DNA of 64,000 bases from Longimicrobiales bacterium (GTDB lineage Bacteria > Gemmatimonadota > Gemmatimonadetes > Longimicrobiales > Gaopeijiaceae): NCBI GenBank assembly GCA_965219445.1, contig CBDCNQ010000005.1, positions 800,001 through 864,000 of the forward strand. Direction: 5' to 3'. Shown here piece by piece: positions 35,962 to 46,900 of this stretch. Every line of letters starts with the position of its first letter. Position 1 is the first letter of the stretch. The notes below the pieces were generated by a model, which worked only from the letters and a program-made list of their open reading frames with translations, had not been told where the DNA came from and did not search any database. Both the position numbers and the translations under genes were made by a program.

Positions 35962-36152
35962 CGATGCCGTGGTGCGAGCCTGGAATCGGCTGTCCGACCC
36001 TCGGTTTTCGCTCGGTCGGTCCTGCCGGCTTTGGCCAATGCTGCCACGAAGTCACTAAGCGACAACGCCTCATGGAGGCGTTCCTCCGGAGAAAGTTCCG
36101 CGAGAGCGGAGAACCTGATGCTCGCTGCTTCCGGGGTAGTATCGCGACTCAT
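35958..36152 (-). CDS. Small helical protein, putative antitoxin partner of the nucleotidyltransferase
   Basis: MSRDTTPEA...LSPEERL; GTGA overlap with the NTase; TACATT -10-like hexamer 6 nt upstream of the ATG. Confidence 0.65.
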   Translation of the reverse strand: MSRDTTPEAASIRFSALAELSPEERLHEALSLSDFVAALAKAGRTDRAKTEGRTADSRLAPRHR

Positions 36153-36184
36153 CACGAGAATGTAGCGCGTACCGATGGGATCCA

Positions 36185-36367
36185 CTAACGAAATCCCTCC
36201 CAAAGCTCCTCGAACCAGTTCGTGACGATGTAGATCAAAGGGGCTCGCCACTCTCAGGGCTCCATGTCCACCCTCGTGGGAAGCCCTCCAGCGAACCCCT
36301 CAGACGTCGGCGGGTGACGGAAGTAGACGAGCCTTCATGTGCGTCTAAGGCGTGTGGGGCGGCAAGC
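36185..36367 (-). pseudogene. Collapsed relic of a tandem kinase paralog (upstream-region copy plus last codons)
   Basis: 36203-36233 matches the kinase 3' end 36457-36487 (29/31) and reads IYIVTNWFEELWEGFR*. 36340-36367 matches the kinase upstream region 39135-39162 (27/28). Confidence 0.7.
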
Positions 36368-36435
36368 GTCACGGGCCTCTCAGCCGACGATCACCACGCC
36401 TTCCACGAAGACGCGAAGCCAGGGGATCTGAGCCT

Positions 36436-39123
36436 TCAATTACCCATCCGCTGGCGAAGCTCCTCGAACCAGTTGGTGACGAGGTAGGCTTCGGCGCTCG
36501 CCGCACCCTCATTACCCATCCTCAACATCACGAAGCGCTGGTCGTCGGGGTTCACATCGTATATCGGGTGCGTGTTGCCGCGCTGGTACTCAGCCATCGA
36601 AAACAATACGACTTGACTGTCCCATCCGAACACCGAATCCGTACGTACCTGTACTGCTACCAGTGAGTCAGCCCCGTTCCGGTAGAACAATTCCCGCCCG
36701 TCGTGCGCCCACACCGGCTCGGCCCCTCCAGCCGTGGATACCAGCCTCAGTCCCGAATCAGCATCGGGGAAGGGACGGACGTATATCTCATTTTGGCCCG
36801 ACTCGTCCGAGACGTAGGCCACCCATCTACCGTCGGGTGAGAGCGCAGGTGAGCGTTCCGTAAACTCGCTCACCGCCACTGGAACCGGCACGCTGTCCGT
36901 CCCGACGCGAATGGCAAATATGTCAACCCCAACGCCAACGCCACCCGTGACGCCCCGCTCGCGGTAGACCAGCCATGTGCCATCATGGGAATAGGAAATC
37001 TCTTCGATGCCAGTCGCCGTGCTAAGCACGAGGTCCGTCGAGCCACTCCCGTCCGCCCGCTTGGTCCAGACATCTTGCTGTCCCTCACGATTCGAGAGGA
37101 AGGTCAGCGACCGACCGTCCGGGGACCAAACGGGCCGACGGTTCCTCGTGCCGTCGGTCGTGATCCGGGTCAGCGGCCCTGTTTCCAACTGTTTCACCCA
37201 CAGGTCAGTCGTTCCCCCGGAGTCCAATATCGAGATCGCAAGGCGATCCCCATTCGGGGAGAAGGTGAGGCTGGAATAGTCCGGGTCTCCCGGCATGCTC
37301 CATCCGGGATGGATCTCGCGGGCCGTGCCGTCTCTTTCCACCCATACAGGTGTAACCGATGGGCCTGAGGCAAAGCCACCTGCCTGGTATACAAGCGTGC
37401 CCGTCTGCGATACGGCGAACTGCGAGGCCCCTACGCGAGACACGGCCAGCGAGGGGAGCAATGTCACCGGGGCTCCCGTCACCTGAAGCGTCTCGACATC
37501 GAAGGGCACGCCCATGAGCGCCCCGTCACCGTGTCCGTAGATCACGTGGCCCGTAGACACGTAACGCGGCTGGTTCCCACTAGGGATAAGCTCGCGGACC
37601 GCACCCGTCTCGATCTCGAAGATCAAGATGCGTGACCCCTGTGCACGGCCACCAGTGCCGAATACCACCGCCCTTCCGTTGGGCAGGAGATGCGATCGGG
37701 CGACGCTCACCGAATCGGACTCCAGCAAGACCTGGGGATCGCCTCCCGCCGACCCGACGCGGTAGAGAGCACCTCCAGAGTTGTAGACGATGGTGTCGTC
37801 AAAGCCCCAGTGTGCGCTACCGCCGGAAGTCGTGACCGGAAGGGCAGGCCCGCCGCTTATCGAGACCTTCCAGATCCCTCTTACGCCCTGGATGTTGAAG
37901 GCGACCGATTGCCCGTTCGGCGAAAAGGTCGGGTTCAAACCCCCCTCCGTATTGGGAAGCTGGCTCCACTCCGGGTCGCTCGCAGTACGGATGTGGATGG
38001 AACCCTGCTCCACTTTCAGGATCGAGCGTCCATCGGGTGAGATCGCCAGCCTCCAGCCGCCACCAGGAGTCACCAGATCGAGGCCCGTCACTGCCGCTCG
38101 CGTTGGGACACCCGGCTCAGGACCCGGACGGAGCCAGCCCCAGGCGGCGAGGGCCACGAATAGAACCGCGAGTGTCGTCGTTGCTATCGTCAGCCGATTC
38201 CAGGGGCCAGGCATCGTAGCGGGCGTGGCTACCGGCTCCGAGGTCGAGGCCGTTACGGACGTCCGAGCCCGTGCCTTGTACGTGAAGCCCTCATCCGCCA
38301 GCGCCGCAGCGAACTCAGCCGCGCTGGTGAATCGATCGGCGGGCAGCTTCTCCAGAGCCCTCGCAAGTGCATGGCCGACATGGGGTGGCACGGTCCTGCG
38401 CTCGCTCGTGATCGACGGTGCGTCCGCTGTGAGAATCTTGACCAGCACCGCTTGGGCGGTCGAGGCGGAGAAGGGCGGCTGCCCGGAGAGCATCTCGTAC
38501 AGCACGCAGCCGAGCGCGTAAACGTCGGACCGTGGGTCCACGTCCCGGTCGCCCGTGGCCTGTTCGGGACTCATGTAGTGGGGCGTGCCCAGGCTGAGTC
38601 CCGTCTCGGTGATGCGCCCAGCGCCCGCCTGAGCCACAGCCAGCGCGATCCCGAAGTCTGCGACGAGGGGTTCACCCTGAGCACTCAGCAGGATGTTCCC
38701 CGGCTTGATGTCGCGGTGGACAACGCCGTTTCCGTGTGCGTAGTCGAGTGCACCCGCGACCTTCTGCGTGATGGCCAGTGCGTCCTCCACACCGAGCTGC
38801 TTCTCGCGGTCGATGCGCTCCCTGAGTGATTCTCCTTGGATGTGGGGCATCACGTAGAAAAGGAAGCCGTCGGCCTCACCAGAATCGAAGAGCGGCAGAA
38901 TGTGCGGGTGAGTCAGGTTCGCCGTCGTCTTGATCTCGGCCAGGAAACGCTCTGCACCTACGACCGCAGCCAACTCGGGTTTCAAGACCTTGAGCGCGAC
39001 CTTGCGCTCGTGCTTGAGGTCGTCGGCCAGGTAGACCGTGGCCATGCCGCCCTCGCCCAGCTCACGCTCGATGGCGTAGCGGCCTTCGAGAGCCGCGTTC
39101 AAGCGGGAGACGGCATCGGACAT
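36436..39123 (-). CDS. Hanks-type Ser/Thr protein kinase with TM helix and TolB-like (PD40) beta-propeller
   Basis: GEGGMA, VALKVL, HRDIKPGN, DFG, GTPHYMSPEQ; TM ending AAWGWL; repeated SPDG/SPNG motifs; start set at MSDAVSRL. Confidence 0.93.
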   Translation of the reverse strand: MSDAVSRLNAALEGRYAIERELGEGGMATVYLADDLKHERKVALKVLKPELAAVVGAERFLAEIKTTANLTHPHILPLFDSGEADGFLFYVMPHIQGESLRERIDREKQLGVEDALAITQKVAGALDYAHGNGVVHRDIKPGNILLSAQGEPLVADFGIALAVAQAGAGRITETGLSLGTPHYMSPEQATGDRDVDPRSDVYALGCVLYEMLSGQPPFSASTAQAVLVKILTADAPSITSERRTVPPHVGHALARALEKLPADRFTSAAEFAAALADEGFTYKARARTSVTASTSEPVATPATMPGPWNRLTIATTTLAVLFVALAAWGWLRPGPEPGVPTRAAVTGLDLVTPGGGWRLAISPDGRSILKVEQGSIHIRTASDPEWSQLPNTEGGLNPTFSPNGQSVAFNIQGVRGIWKVSISGGPALPVTTSGGSAHWGFDDTIVYNSGGALYRVGSAGGDPQVLLESDSVSVARSHLLPNGRAVVFGTGGRAQGSRILIFEIETGAVRELIPSGNQPRYVSTGHVIYGHGDGALMGVPFDVETLQVTGAPVTLLPSLAVSRVGASQFAVSQTGTLVYQAGGFASGPSVTPVWVERDGTAREIHPGWSMPGDPDYSSLTFSPNGDRLAISILDSGGTTDLWVKQLETGPLTRITTDGTRNRRPVWSPDGRSLTFLSNREGQQDVWTKRADGSGSTDLVLSTATGIEEISYSHDGTWLVYRERGVTGGVGVGVDIFAIRVGTDSVPVPVAVSEFTERSPALSPDGRWVAYVSDESGQNEIYVRPFPDADSGLRLVSTAGGAEPVWAHDGRELFYRNGADSLVAVQVRTDSVFGWDSQVVLFSMAEYQRGNTHPIYDVNPDDQRFVMLRMGNEGAASAEAYLVTNWFEELRQRMGN

Positions 39124-39326
39124 GGCGGTCAATATGCGTCTTAGGCGTGTGGGGCGGCAAGCCGTAAAGGCTTCGGCAGAGCTTTCACATCTTGGTGCCC
39201 CATCTAGCTCGACATCCGCCACGAGCTTCTACACATTAGCGGATGCTGGGCAGCCGCTGCGGACCCGAATCGCCCCGTTGAGCGAGTCCGGGGTCCCTCA
39301 CCAGGCCCCGTGTCAGGGCGCACCCG

Positions 39327-40970
39327 ATGTCGAATCTGAAAACCAAATCCAGTACGCCGATCGGCTCGTGGAGTGGGCCGGCGGACCGCCTTCTCACGAC
39401 TCCCGAGGAGTTCGCTCTGGGCCTCCGTCATGTCGGACGGCCGCTGTACGCCGTGGACCATGGAGAGGCGTTTGCCCTCGCGGACTGCGGATCCGTCGAG
39501 TTGGGCGCAGATCCCCAGGTTCACGGACTGCCTCTCCTCGCTGTGAGCCCCCCCTGCAGACCCCAGAATTTCGGCTCCTCCAGTTTCGCCAGCCAGCACG
39601 GCGTTCGCTTCTGTTATGTGGCCGGAGCCATGGCGAACGGCGTCGGCTCCGTGGAACTCGTCGAGGCGATGGGCCGCGCCGGCATGCTCGCCTTCTTCGG
39701 AGCTGCTGGCTTGGGGCCGGATACGGTGGAGGACGCCATCGACCGGATCTCCACGCGCTTGGGCGATCTCCCTTGGGGATTCAACCTGATCCACAGTCCC
39801 TACGAGCCGCTGCTCGAAGAGGCGGTCGCCGACCTCTACGTGCGCCGTGGAGTGACTCGGGTATCGGCTTCCGCCTACATGGATCTGACGCTCCCACTCG
39901 TTCGCTACCGGCTGCACGGCATTCATTCCGATGCCTCGGGGCGGGTCGTGACTCCGAATCGACTGGTGGCGAAGGTCTCGCGCGTCGAAGTGGCGCGTAG
40001 GTTCCTCGCTCCGCCGCCCGACAAGATGTTGGCCGAGCTCGTCGCACGTGGAGACCTCACGGAGGAACAAGCGCGGATGGCCCAATCGATCCCCGTCGCG
40101 CAGGACTTGACCGTCGAGGCGGACTCCGGTGGCCACACCGACAATCGGCCGGCCATCGCCCTTCTCCCGTCCATGCTGGCGTTGCGCGATCGAATTCAGA
40201 CCGAGTATGACCACGGCCTCCCCCTCCGTGTGGGTTCCGCTGGAGGAATATCGACGCCACATTCCGTGGCAGCAGCGTTCGCCATGGGTGCCGACTACGT
40301 CGCTACGGGATCGGTCAACCAGGCGTGCCGAGAGGCCGGAACCTCGGATACGGTGCGGCAGATGTTGGCCAAGGCGGAGCAGGCCGACGTCACGATGGCT
40401 CCGGCGGCCGACATGTTCGAGATGGGCGTCAGGTTGCAGGTGCTCAAGCGTGGCACGATGTTTCCCATGCGGGCACATCGTTTGTATGATTTGTACCGGG
40501 CCCACAGCGGGCTCGAGGACATATCCGACGACGATCGGAAGAACCTCGAAGACACGCTCTTTCGTAAGCCACTAGAGGAAATCTGGAACGAGACACGACG
40601 TTTTTGGGAGCAGCGCGACGTCACCCAGACGGAGAGGGCCGAGCGCGATCCGAAGCATCGGATGGCGCTGGTATTCCGGTGGTATCTCGGGATGTCGTCC
40701 CGGTGGGCCAACCGTGGCGAGCCGGGGCGAGAAATGGACTACCAGGTCTGGTGTGGCCCGGCCATGGGAGCGTTCAACGAATGGGTTCGGGATAGTGTTC
40801 TCGATCCCTGGGAGAACAGGCGCGCGGTCATCGTGGCGCACAACATGTTACATGGGGCAGCGGTCATCACTCGAGCCGCCGCTCTACGTAGCCAGGGGGT
40901 CGACCTTCCCGCTGCGAGCGTGGACGTCCTGCCCCGTGGTCCAGGCGAACTTGAGGAACTGCTGACTTGA
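39327..40970 (+). CDS. pfaD: PUFA synthase enoyl reductase PfaD (FabK-like)
   Basis: GAMANG, FNLIHSP, AKVSRVEVA, EADSGGHTDNRP, TGSVNQAC, MAPAADMFEMG, YQVWCGPAMGAFN. Confidence 0.95.
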   Translation: MSNLKTKSSTPIGSWSGPADRLLTTPEEFALGLRHVGRPLYAVDHGEAFALADCGSVELGADPQVHGLPLLAVSPPCRPQNFGSSSFASQHGVRFCYVAGAMANGVGSVELVEAMGRAGMLAFFGAAGLGPDTVEDAIDRISTRLGDLPWGFNLIHSPYEPLLEEAVADLYVRRGVTRVSASAYMDLTLPLVRYRLHGIHSDASGRVVTPNRLVAKVSRVEVARRFLAPPPDKMLAELVARGDLTEEQARMAQSIPVAQDLTVEADSGGHTDNRPAIALLPSMLALRDRIQTEYDHGLPLRVGSAGGISTPHSVAAAFAMGADYVATGSVNQACREAGTSDTVRQMLAKAEQADVTMAPAADMFEMGVRLQVLKRGTMFPMRAHRLYDLYRAHSGLEDISDDDRKNLEDTLFRKPLEEIWNETRRFWEQRDVTQTERAERDPKHRMALVFRWYLGMSSRWANRGEPGREMDYQVWCGPAMGAFNEWVRDSVLDPWENRRAVIVAHNMLHGAAVITRAAALRSQGVDLPAASVDVLPRGPGELEELLT

Positions 40971-43900
40971 GCGATCGGAATGAAGATCGGGCTGCGGCCC
41001 CCTCACCCATAGCCATCGTCGGCATGTCCTGCCTATTCCCGGGCGCAAGCAGCCTGGAAGAGTACTGGGCCAACGTGCGGGACGGGGTCGATGCCATCAC
41101 GGACGTCCCGGCGAGTCATTGGAGTGTGGGCGACTATTTCGACGCCGACCCCAAGGCGCCGGACATGACCTACGGACGCCGCGGAGGGTTCCTCGACGCG
41201 GTCGACTTCGACCCGATGGCCTTCGGGATTTCTCCACGGGACCTCGAGGCCACCGACTCCACGCAGCTGCTCGGCATGCACGTCGCCCGACAAGCGCTGT
41301 GGGATGCCGGCTACGGCGCCAACGGCCGAGACTTCGACCGTGAACGCACGAGCGTGATCCTCGGTGTGAGCGGAACGCTTCCCTTGGTGATCCCTTTGGG
41401 AGCCCGCCTCGGCCACCCGATTTGGCGGCAGGCTCTGGCCGAAGCAGGCGTCGATCCGGAGACCAGCGATGATGTGATCGCTCGGATCGCGGACGGATAT
41501 GTGCCGTGGCAGGAGAACTCCTTCCCCGGACTTCTAGCCAATGTCGTGGCGGGCCGGATCGCCAACCGGCTCGATCTGCACGGAACCAACTGCATCGTCG
41601 ACTCAGCATGCGCCTCGTCCTTGAGCGCCGTCCACCTCGCCTCTCTCGAGCTCGAGGCCGGTCGGGCCGACATGGCCCTGAGCGGTGGCCTGGACACGTT
41701 CAACGACATCTTCATGTACATGTGCTTCTCGAAGACGCCAGCGCTTTCGGAGTCGGGGAACGCACAGCCGTTCGATCAGGACGCGGACGGGACGATTCTC
41801 GGCGAGGGCGTGGGCGTCATGGCTCTCAAGCGACTGGCGGACGCCGAGCGGGACGGTGACCGCATTTACGCCGTCATCAAAGGCCTCGGGTCTTCCAGCG
41901 ACGGCAAGGGCCAGGCGGTCTACGCGCCTTCTCCCGAGGGCCAGGCGCGGGCGCTGCGCGCGGCGTATCGAAACGCGGGTGTGACGCCGGACACGGTGGG
42001 ACTCGTCGAGGCGCACGGCACCGGTACCGTCGTTGGAGACGCCACCGAGGCACGGGGCCTTGCCAGCGTCTATGAGGACAGTGGCCGGGAGGGATCGTGG
42101 TGCGCCTTGGGCTCGGTCAAGTCGATGATCGGGCACACCAAAGCGGCGGCGGGAGCGGCGGGGCTCATCAAGGCTGTGATGGCGCTGCACCACAAGACTC
42201 TTCCGCCCACGATCAAGGTCGGGAAACCCAACAAGGCTGTGACTCCGGGGGAGACGCCCTTCTACGTCAATACGAGCAAGCGTCCGTGGCTGCCTGAGAG
42301 CGATCATCCCCGTCGGGCGGGCGTGAGTGCCTTCGGCTTCGGCGGCAGCAACTTCCACTGCGTAGTCGAAGAGTACGAGTCACGGGCGAACGTGGTGGAT
42401 TGGGACGGGCGGGATCAGATCTTCGCCTTCTCGGCCGAAAACCGCGAGGCCCTTGTGTCGAGGCTGAAAGACTTCGATGTAGGATCGGAGTGGGCGGAGA
42501 TCCGGGGGCGGGCAGCCGAAACGAGGGAAGACTTCGATGCTTCGCACGAGGTCCGCTTGCTCATGGTGGTCGAGCGGGGCGGAAAGGCCCCGGCAGACCT
42601 CATCGCCCTGGCGCTCGCCCGGCTGGAAGACGCCCAGTCCGCGTGGAGCTTGCCACAGGGAGTCTTTTTCGGGTCTGGTTCGACGACGGGGACTTGGGCG
42701 GCCTGCTTCCCCGGCCAAGGGGCCCAGTACGTCGGCATGTTGCGTGAAATCATCTGCCGTTTTCCTGCCGCCGCCGACACGCTCGCCACCGCTGCGGAAG
42801 CTACCCCGGGACTCGTCGACAAGCTCTATCCGCACCCCGCGTTCGAGGACGATGCCAGAGCCGAACAGGAAGCCGAGCTCAGAGCCACCCAGACCGCGCA
42901 ACCGGCTCTCGGCGCTGTGAGTCTCGGTGCCTTACGGGTGCTCGAGCAGTTCGGACTCGCCCCCGATGCCACGATCGGGCACAGCTACGGCGAGTTGGTC
43001 GCCCTGTGCGCCGCGGGCCGAATTGGTCCCGCCGAGTTGAACGAGCTCTCTCGCCTCCGAGGTGAGCTCATGACCCTGGGCGAAGGCGATCATGGCTCCA
43101 TGCTGGCCGTCGCCACCGAATCCGATCGAGTCCAGGCCCTGGTTCTGGAACACGATCTCGATTTGGTGATAGCCAACCACAACGGCCCTCGTCAGGTGGT
43201 CCTCTCGGGTGTGACCGACGAGATCGATCGGGCAAAGGCGATTCTGTCCGGCGAGCGCCTCCGGAGTAAGAAACTGCCCGTTTCGGCAGCATTCCACAGT
43301 GCCTTGGTGGCCGAGGCCGCAGCGCCGTTTGCCGATGCGCTCAAAGGCGTGAAGCTGAAGAAGAGTGCGGTGCCGGTGTATGCGAACACGACCGGCACGA
43401 AGTACCCGGCGACTCTCGCCGGCGCACGGAGGGTGCTGTCCAAGCAGTTGGTCTCGCCCGTGGATTTCGTGCAAGGCGTGAAGAGAATGTTCGACGACGG
43501 GATCCGCACATTCGTCGAGGTCGGGCCCGGCCGCCGCCTCTCCGGGCTGATTGGGGAGATCTTGGCCGGCGAGGAGATCACAGTCGTGGCGGTGGACGCC
43601 TCGTCCGGACAGCGTCGGGGCCTGGTCGATCTGGCCCGCATGCTAGCTCAGTTTGCGGCGTCCGGACATGCCGTCGCGCTCGACCGGTGGGACGAGGGCG
43701 CCCTCGAGGCCTGGCGGCGCGAAGCGGCCCGAGAGAAACCCGCCCTGACCGTGAAGATCAGTGGAGCGAATCACGTGGCCGAACGCCCCAAGCGTCCCCC
43801 GAGGGCCGCGGCACCGGCGCTCGCACCCGCGGCTGCCGGGCAGGCCTCCTCGGCACCCTTACCGGCCGTCGAGCCGGCCGTCCCTGTGACGTCCGACCCA

Positions 43901-46900
43901 CAGGTGCTCGCCGATGCGGTGCGCGCGAGCCAAGAGAGCTTGGCCGCATTGGTACGGCTTCAAGAACAGACGGCCGAGGTGCATCGACAGTTCCTGGAAT
44001 CGCAGGAGCGGACCATCCAAGCCATCATCCAGCATCAAGGGGCTGAGGCACCCCTCGAAGCGCCCACCGACGCACCCCTGGAAGCGCCCGTCGAGGCACT
44101 CTTGGAAGCACGCCCGGAGGCGTCCGTCGAGGCCGTTTCCGGAGTGGCTGAGGCGTTGCTCGAAGTGGTCTCCGAAAAAACGGGTTACCCCGAGGAGATG
44201 CTCGACCTCTCGATGGGATTGGACGCCGACCTCGGAATCGATTCGATCAAGCGGGTCGAAATCCTTTCGGCATTGCAGGAGCGTCTCCCCGAGGCCCCCG
44301 CCATCACTCCGGAGCATCTCGGCGAAATCCAGACACTCGGCCAGATCGTCGACTTTTTGGATGGATCCGCCGAGACCTCGACGAGTGGTGGTAATGCCTC
44401 GAACGGAACTGGCGTCGTCTCCCCGACAGACGATGTCGTCGCGGAGGAGGTGAGCAGTGTCGTCGCCGAGACGGAGAACGGTGTTATCGCGGAGACGGAG
44501 AACCGTGCCATCACGGAGACGACGAACGGTGTCGCCGCGGAGACGTTGAACGATGTCGTCCTGGAGACGTTGAACGATGTCGTCGCGGAGACGTCGAACG
44601 GTGCCGGCGACGCGCCAGATATCGCGGAGATCTTGCTGGAGTTGGTCGCCGAAAAAACCGGTTACCCAGTGGATATGCTCGACGTCTCGATGAACCTGGA
44701 CGCCGACCTCGGTATCGATTCCATTAAGCGGGTCGAGATTCTGTCCGCGCTTCAGGAGGTGCTTCCGGAAGCTCCTGTCGTTGCCCCGGATCAACTGGGG
44801 GAGCTACGAACGCTGAGCCAGATCGTCGATCTGCTGTCCAGTGAGGCCGCATCCATCCCGGCCTCTTCTTCGCCCGATCCCCCGGAGCACGTTGTGGACC
44901 GTGGGATTCGGGGTCTCTCCACTTCCAACGGTGTCGAACGCTTCATTCCCACCCTCCACCCCGTTCAGGGCACGGGTAACCCCATCGGGCTTCCGGCGGG
45001 GTCCAAGATCTGGGTGACGAAGAGTGGCGATGTGCTCTCGGGCCAGATCGTGGAAGAGTTGAGCGCTCAAGGGTTCGCGGCGGAAGAGATCGAGTTGAGC
45101 GAGAAGGGACATGATCCGCCCGACGAGCTGGCGGGACTCATCGTCGTCGTGCCCCCGCAGGTCACCGACGAGGATATCCTCTTCGGCTTCGGACGGATGC
45201 GAGCCATGGCGCCCGTTCTCCGTCGGGCGGCGCTTCAGGGTGGTGCTCTGCTGTGCAGCGTCACAGCCCTCGGGGGTGGTTTCGCCCTCGACGCCCCACC
45301 GCCCGAGGATGTCGATCCAACCGGTGGCGCTTGGGGAGGAATGTTGAAAACGGCGGCCGCGGAATGGACCGATGTCAATTGCCGGACGATCGACGTCGAT
45401 CCGGCCCGCGAGGGTCTCGCCGCCGAGATCGTGCGCCATGCGCTTTCCCAAGGACCCGTGGAGATCGGCCTGGGTCCTGACGGCCCCCAAACCGTGGTCC
45501 TCGAGCGCCGATCGGTCGAGCCCGGAGGGGGAACAACGTTCCCCGGCTCGGACGACACGGTGTTGATTACCGGGGGAGCACGTGGTGTGACCGCCGAGGT
45601 CGCGGTGGCGATGGCGGAGGCAGGGCAGCCGCGGCTCATCCTCATGGGGCGGAGTCCCGAGCCCGAGAAAGAGCCCGATTGGCTCATCGGACTCAACAGC
45701 GAGGCCGAAATCAAACGGGCGATCCTGACCCACGTGGGTCCGAGCATCACGCCTCAGGAGGTTCAGGCCAAGTTCAACCGCATCCGCGCGGGCAGGGAGA
45801 TCCGCCGCACGATCGAGCGGATCTCCAAGGCCGGTTCCGAGGTCGCGTACCGTTCCGCCGACGTGCGAGACGCCGACGCGGTCCGGCACACGATCGCGCC
45901 ACTCGTCGAGGAATACGGACCTGTCACTGGACTCCTGCACGGGGCCGGCGTCCTGGCCGACCGAAGCATCGAAGACAAGAGCGACGAAGACTTCGCCCGC
46001 GTCTACGGCACCAAGGTGGGCGGGCTCCGCTCGGTGCTGAAGGCTATCGGCGAGAGTCCTCTCAAGGCGATGGTGCTGTTCTCGTCTTCGACCGCACGCT
46101 TCGGACGCAGAGGACAGGCCGACTACGCGGCAGGGAACGAGGTGATGAATAAGGTGGCACGGGTGGAGGCGGCGCGGCGCGACGGGTGCCGCGTCGTGTC
46201 GGTCAATTGGGGTCCCTGGGATGGAGGAATGGTGACCCCTGGCTTGAGGACCATCTTCGCCGACGAGGGGATCGAGGTGATCGACATGGATAGCGGTGCG
46301 GCCTACCTCCTCGACGAGATCGCCGACACGGACGGGCCGGCGGAGGTTCTCATTCTCGGGAGTGGATCGCAGATCCCCGAAGTCGGAACACCCGCGGTCT
46401 CGAGGGGGAACGGCGTTGACACCTCCGCGAACGGCTCGGACAGGAGTGGGACACGGGCGACCGAGCAAGGGATCGGTGCGCCGGAGAGTGGCGCAGAGAG
46501 TGGCGCCGCTGAGGCGTCCATCGTGGAATTACCTACGGTGTTCGAGCGGACGATCACCACGGACACACATGAATTCATGACGTCGCACGTGCTCGCCGGC
46601 CGTGCGGTGCTTCCAGCCGTCATGATCCTCGAATGGCTGGCCCACGGCGCCCTCCACGGAAACCCAGGATTGCGCTTCGTCGGAGTCGACGACCTACGTG
46701 TATTCAAAGGAGTCCTCGTTCACCCCAAGGAATCCCTCCGGGTCCGCGTTTGCGCGGACAAGGCGAAAAAGCGGGGCGACGAATTCCTCGTGGTGGCGGA
46801 GCTCTGCAGCGGGGGCAGCAACGGCCGCCGGGTTCTACACGCGCGCGCTTCCGTCGCATTGGCGGCCAAGCAACCCGATGCCGGTACGGCAAGGGTTTCC

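Noticed and set aside
39124..39222. N-terminal extension of the kinase given in the ORF track
   Set aside because: The family-typical start is MSDAVSRL at 39123; the extension overlaps the duplicated promoter-like sequence.
44432..44599. Periodic 24-bp repeats as a possible CRISPR array
   Set aside because: The units are contiguous, degenerate, spacer-less and in frame within pfaA; no cas genes are present.
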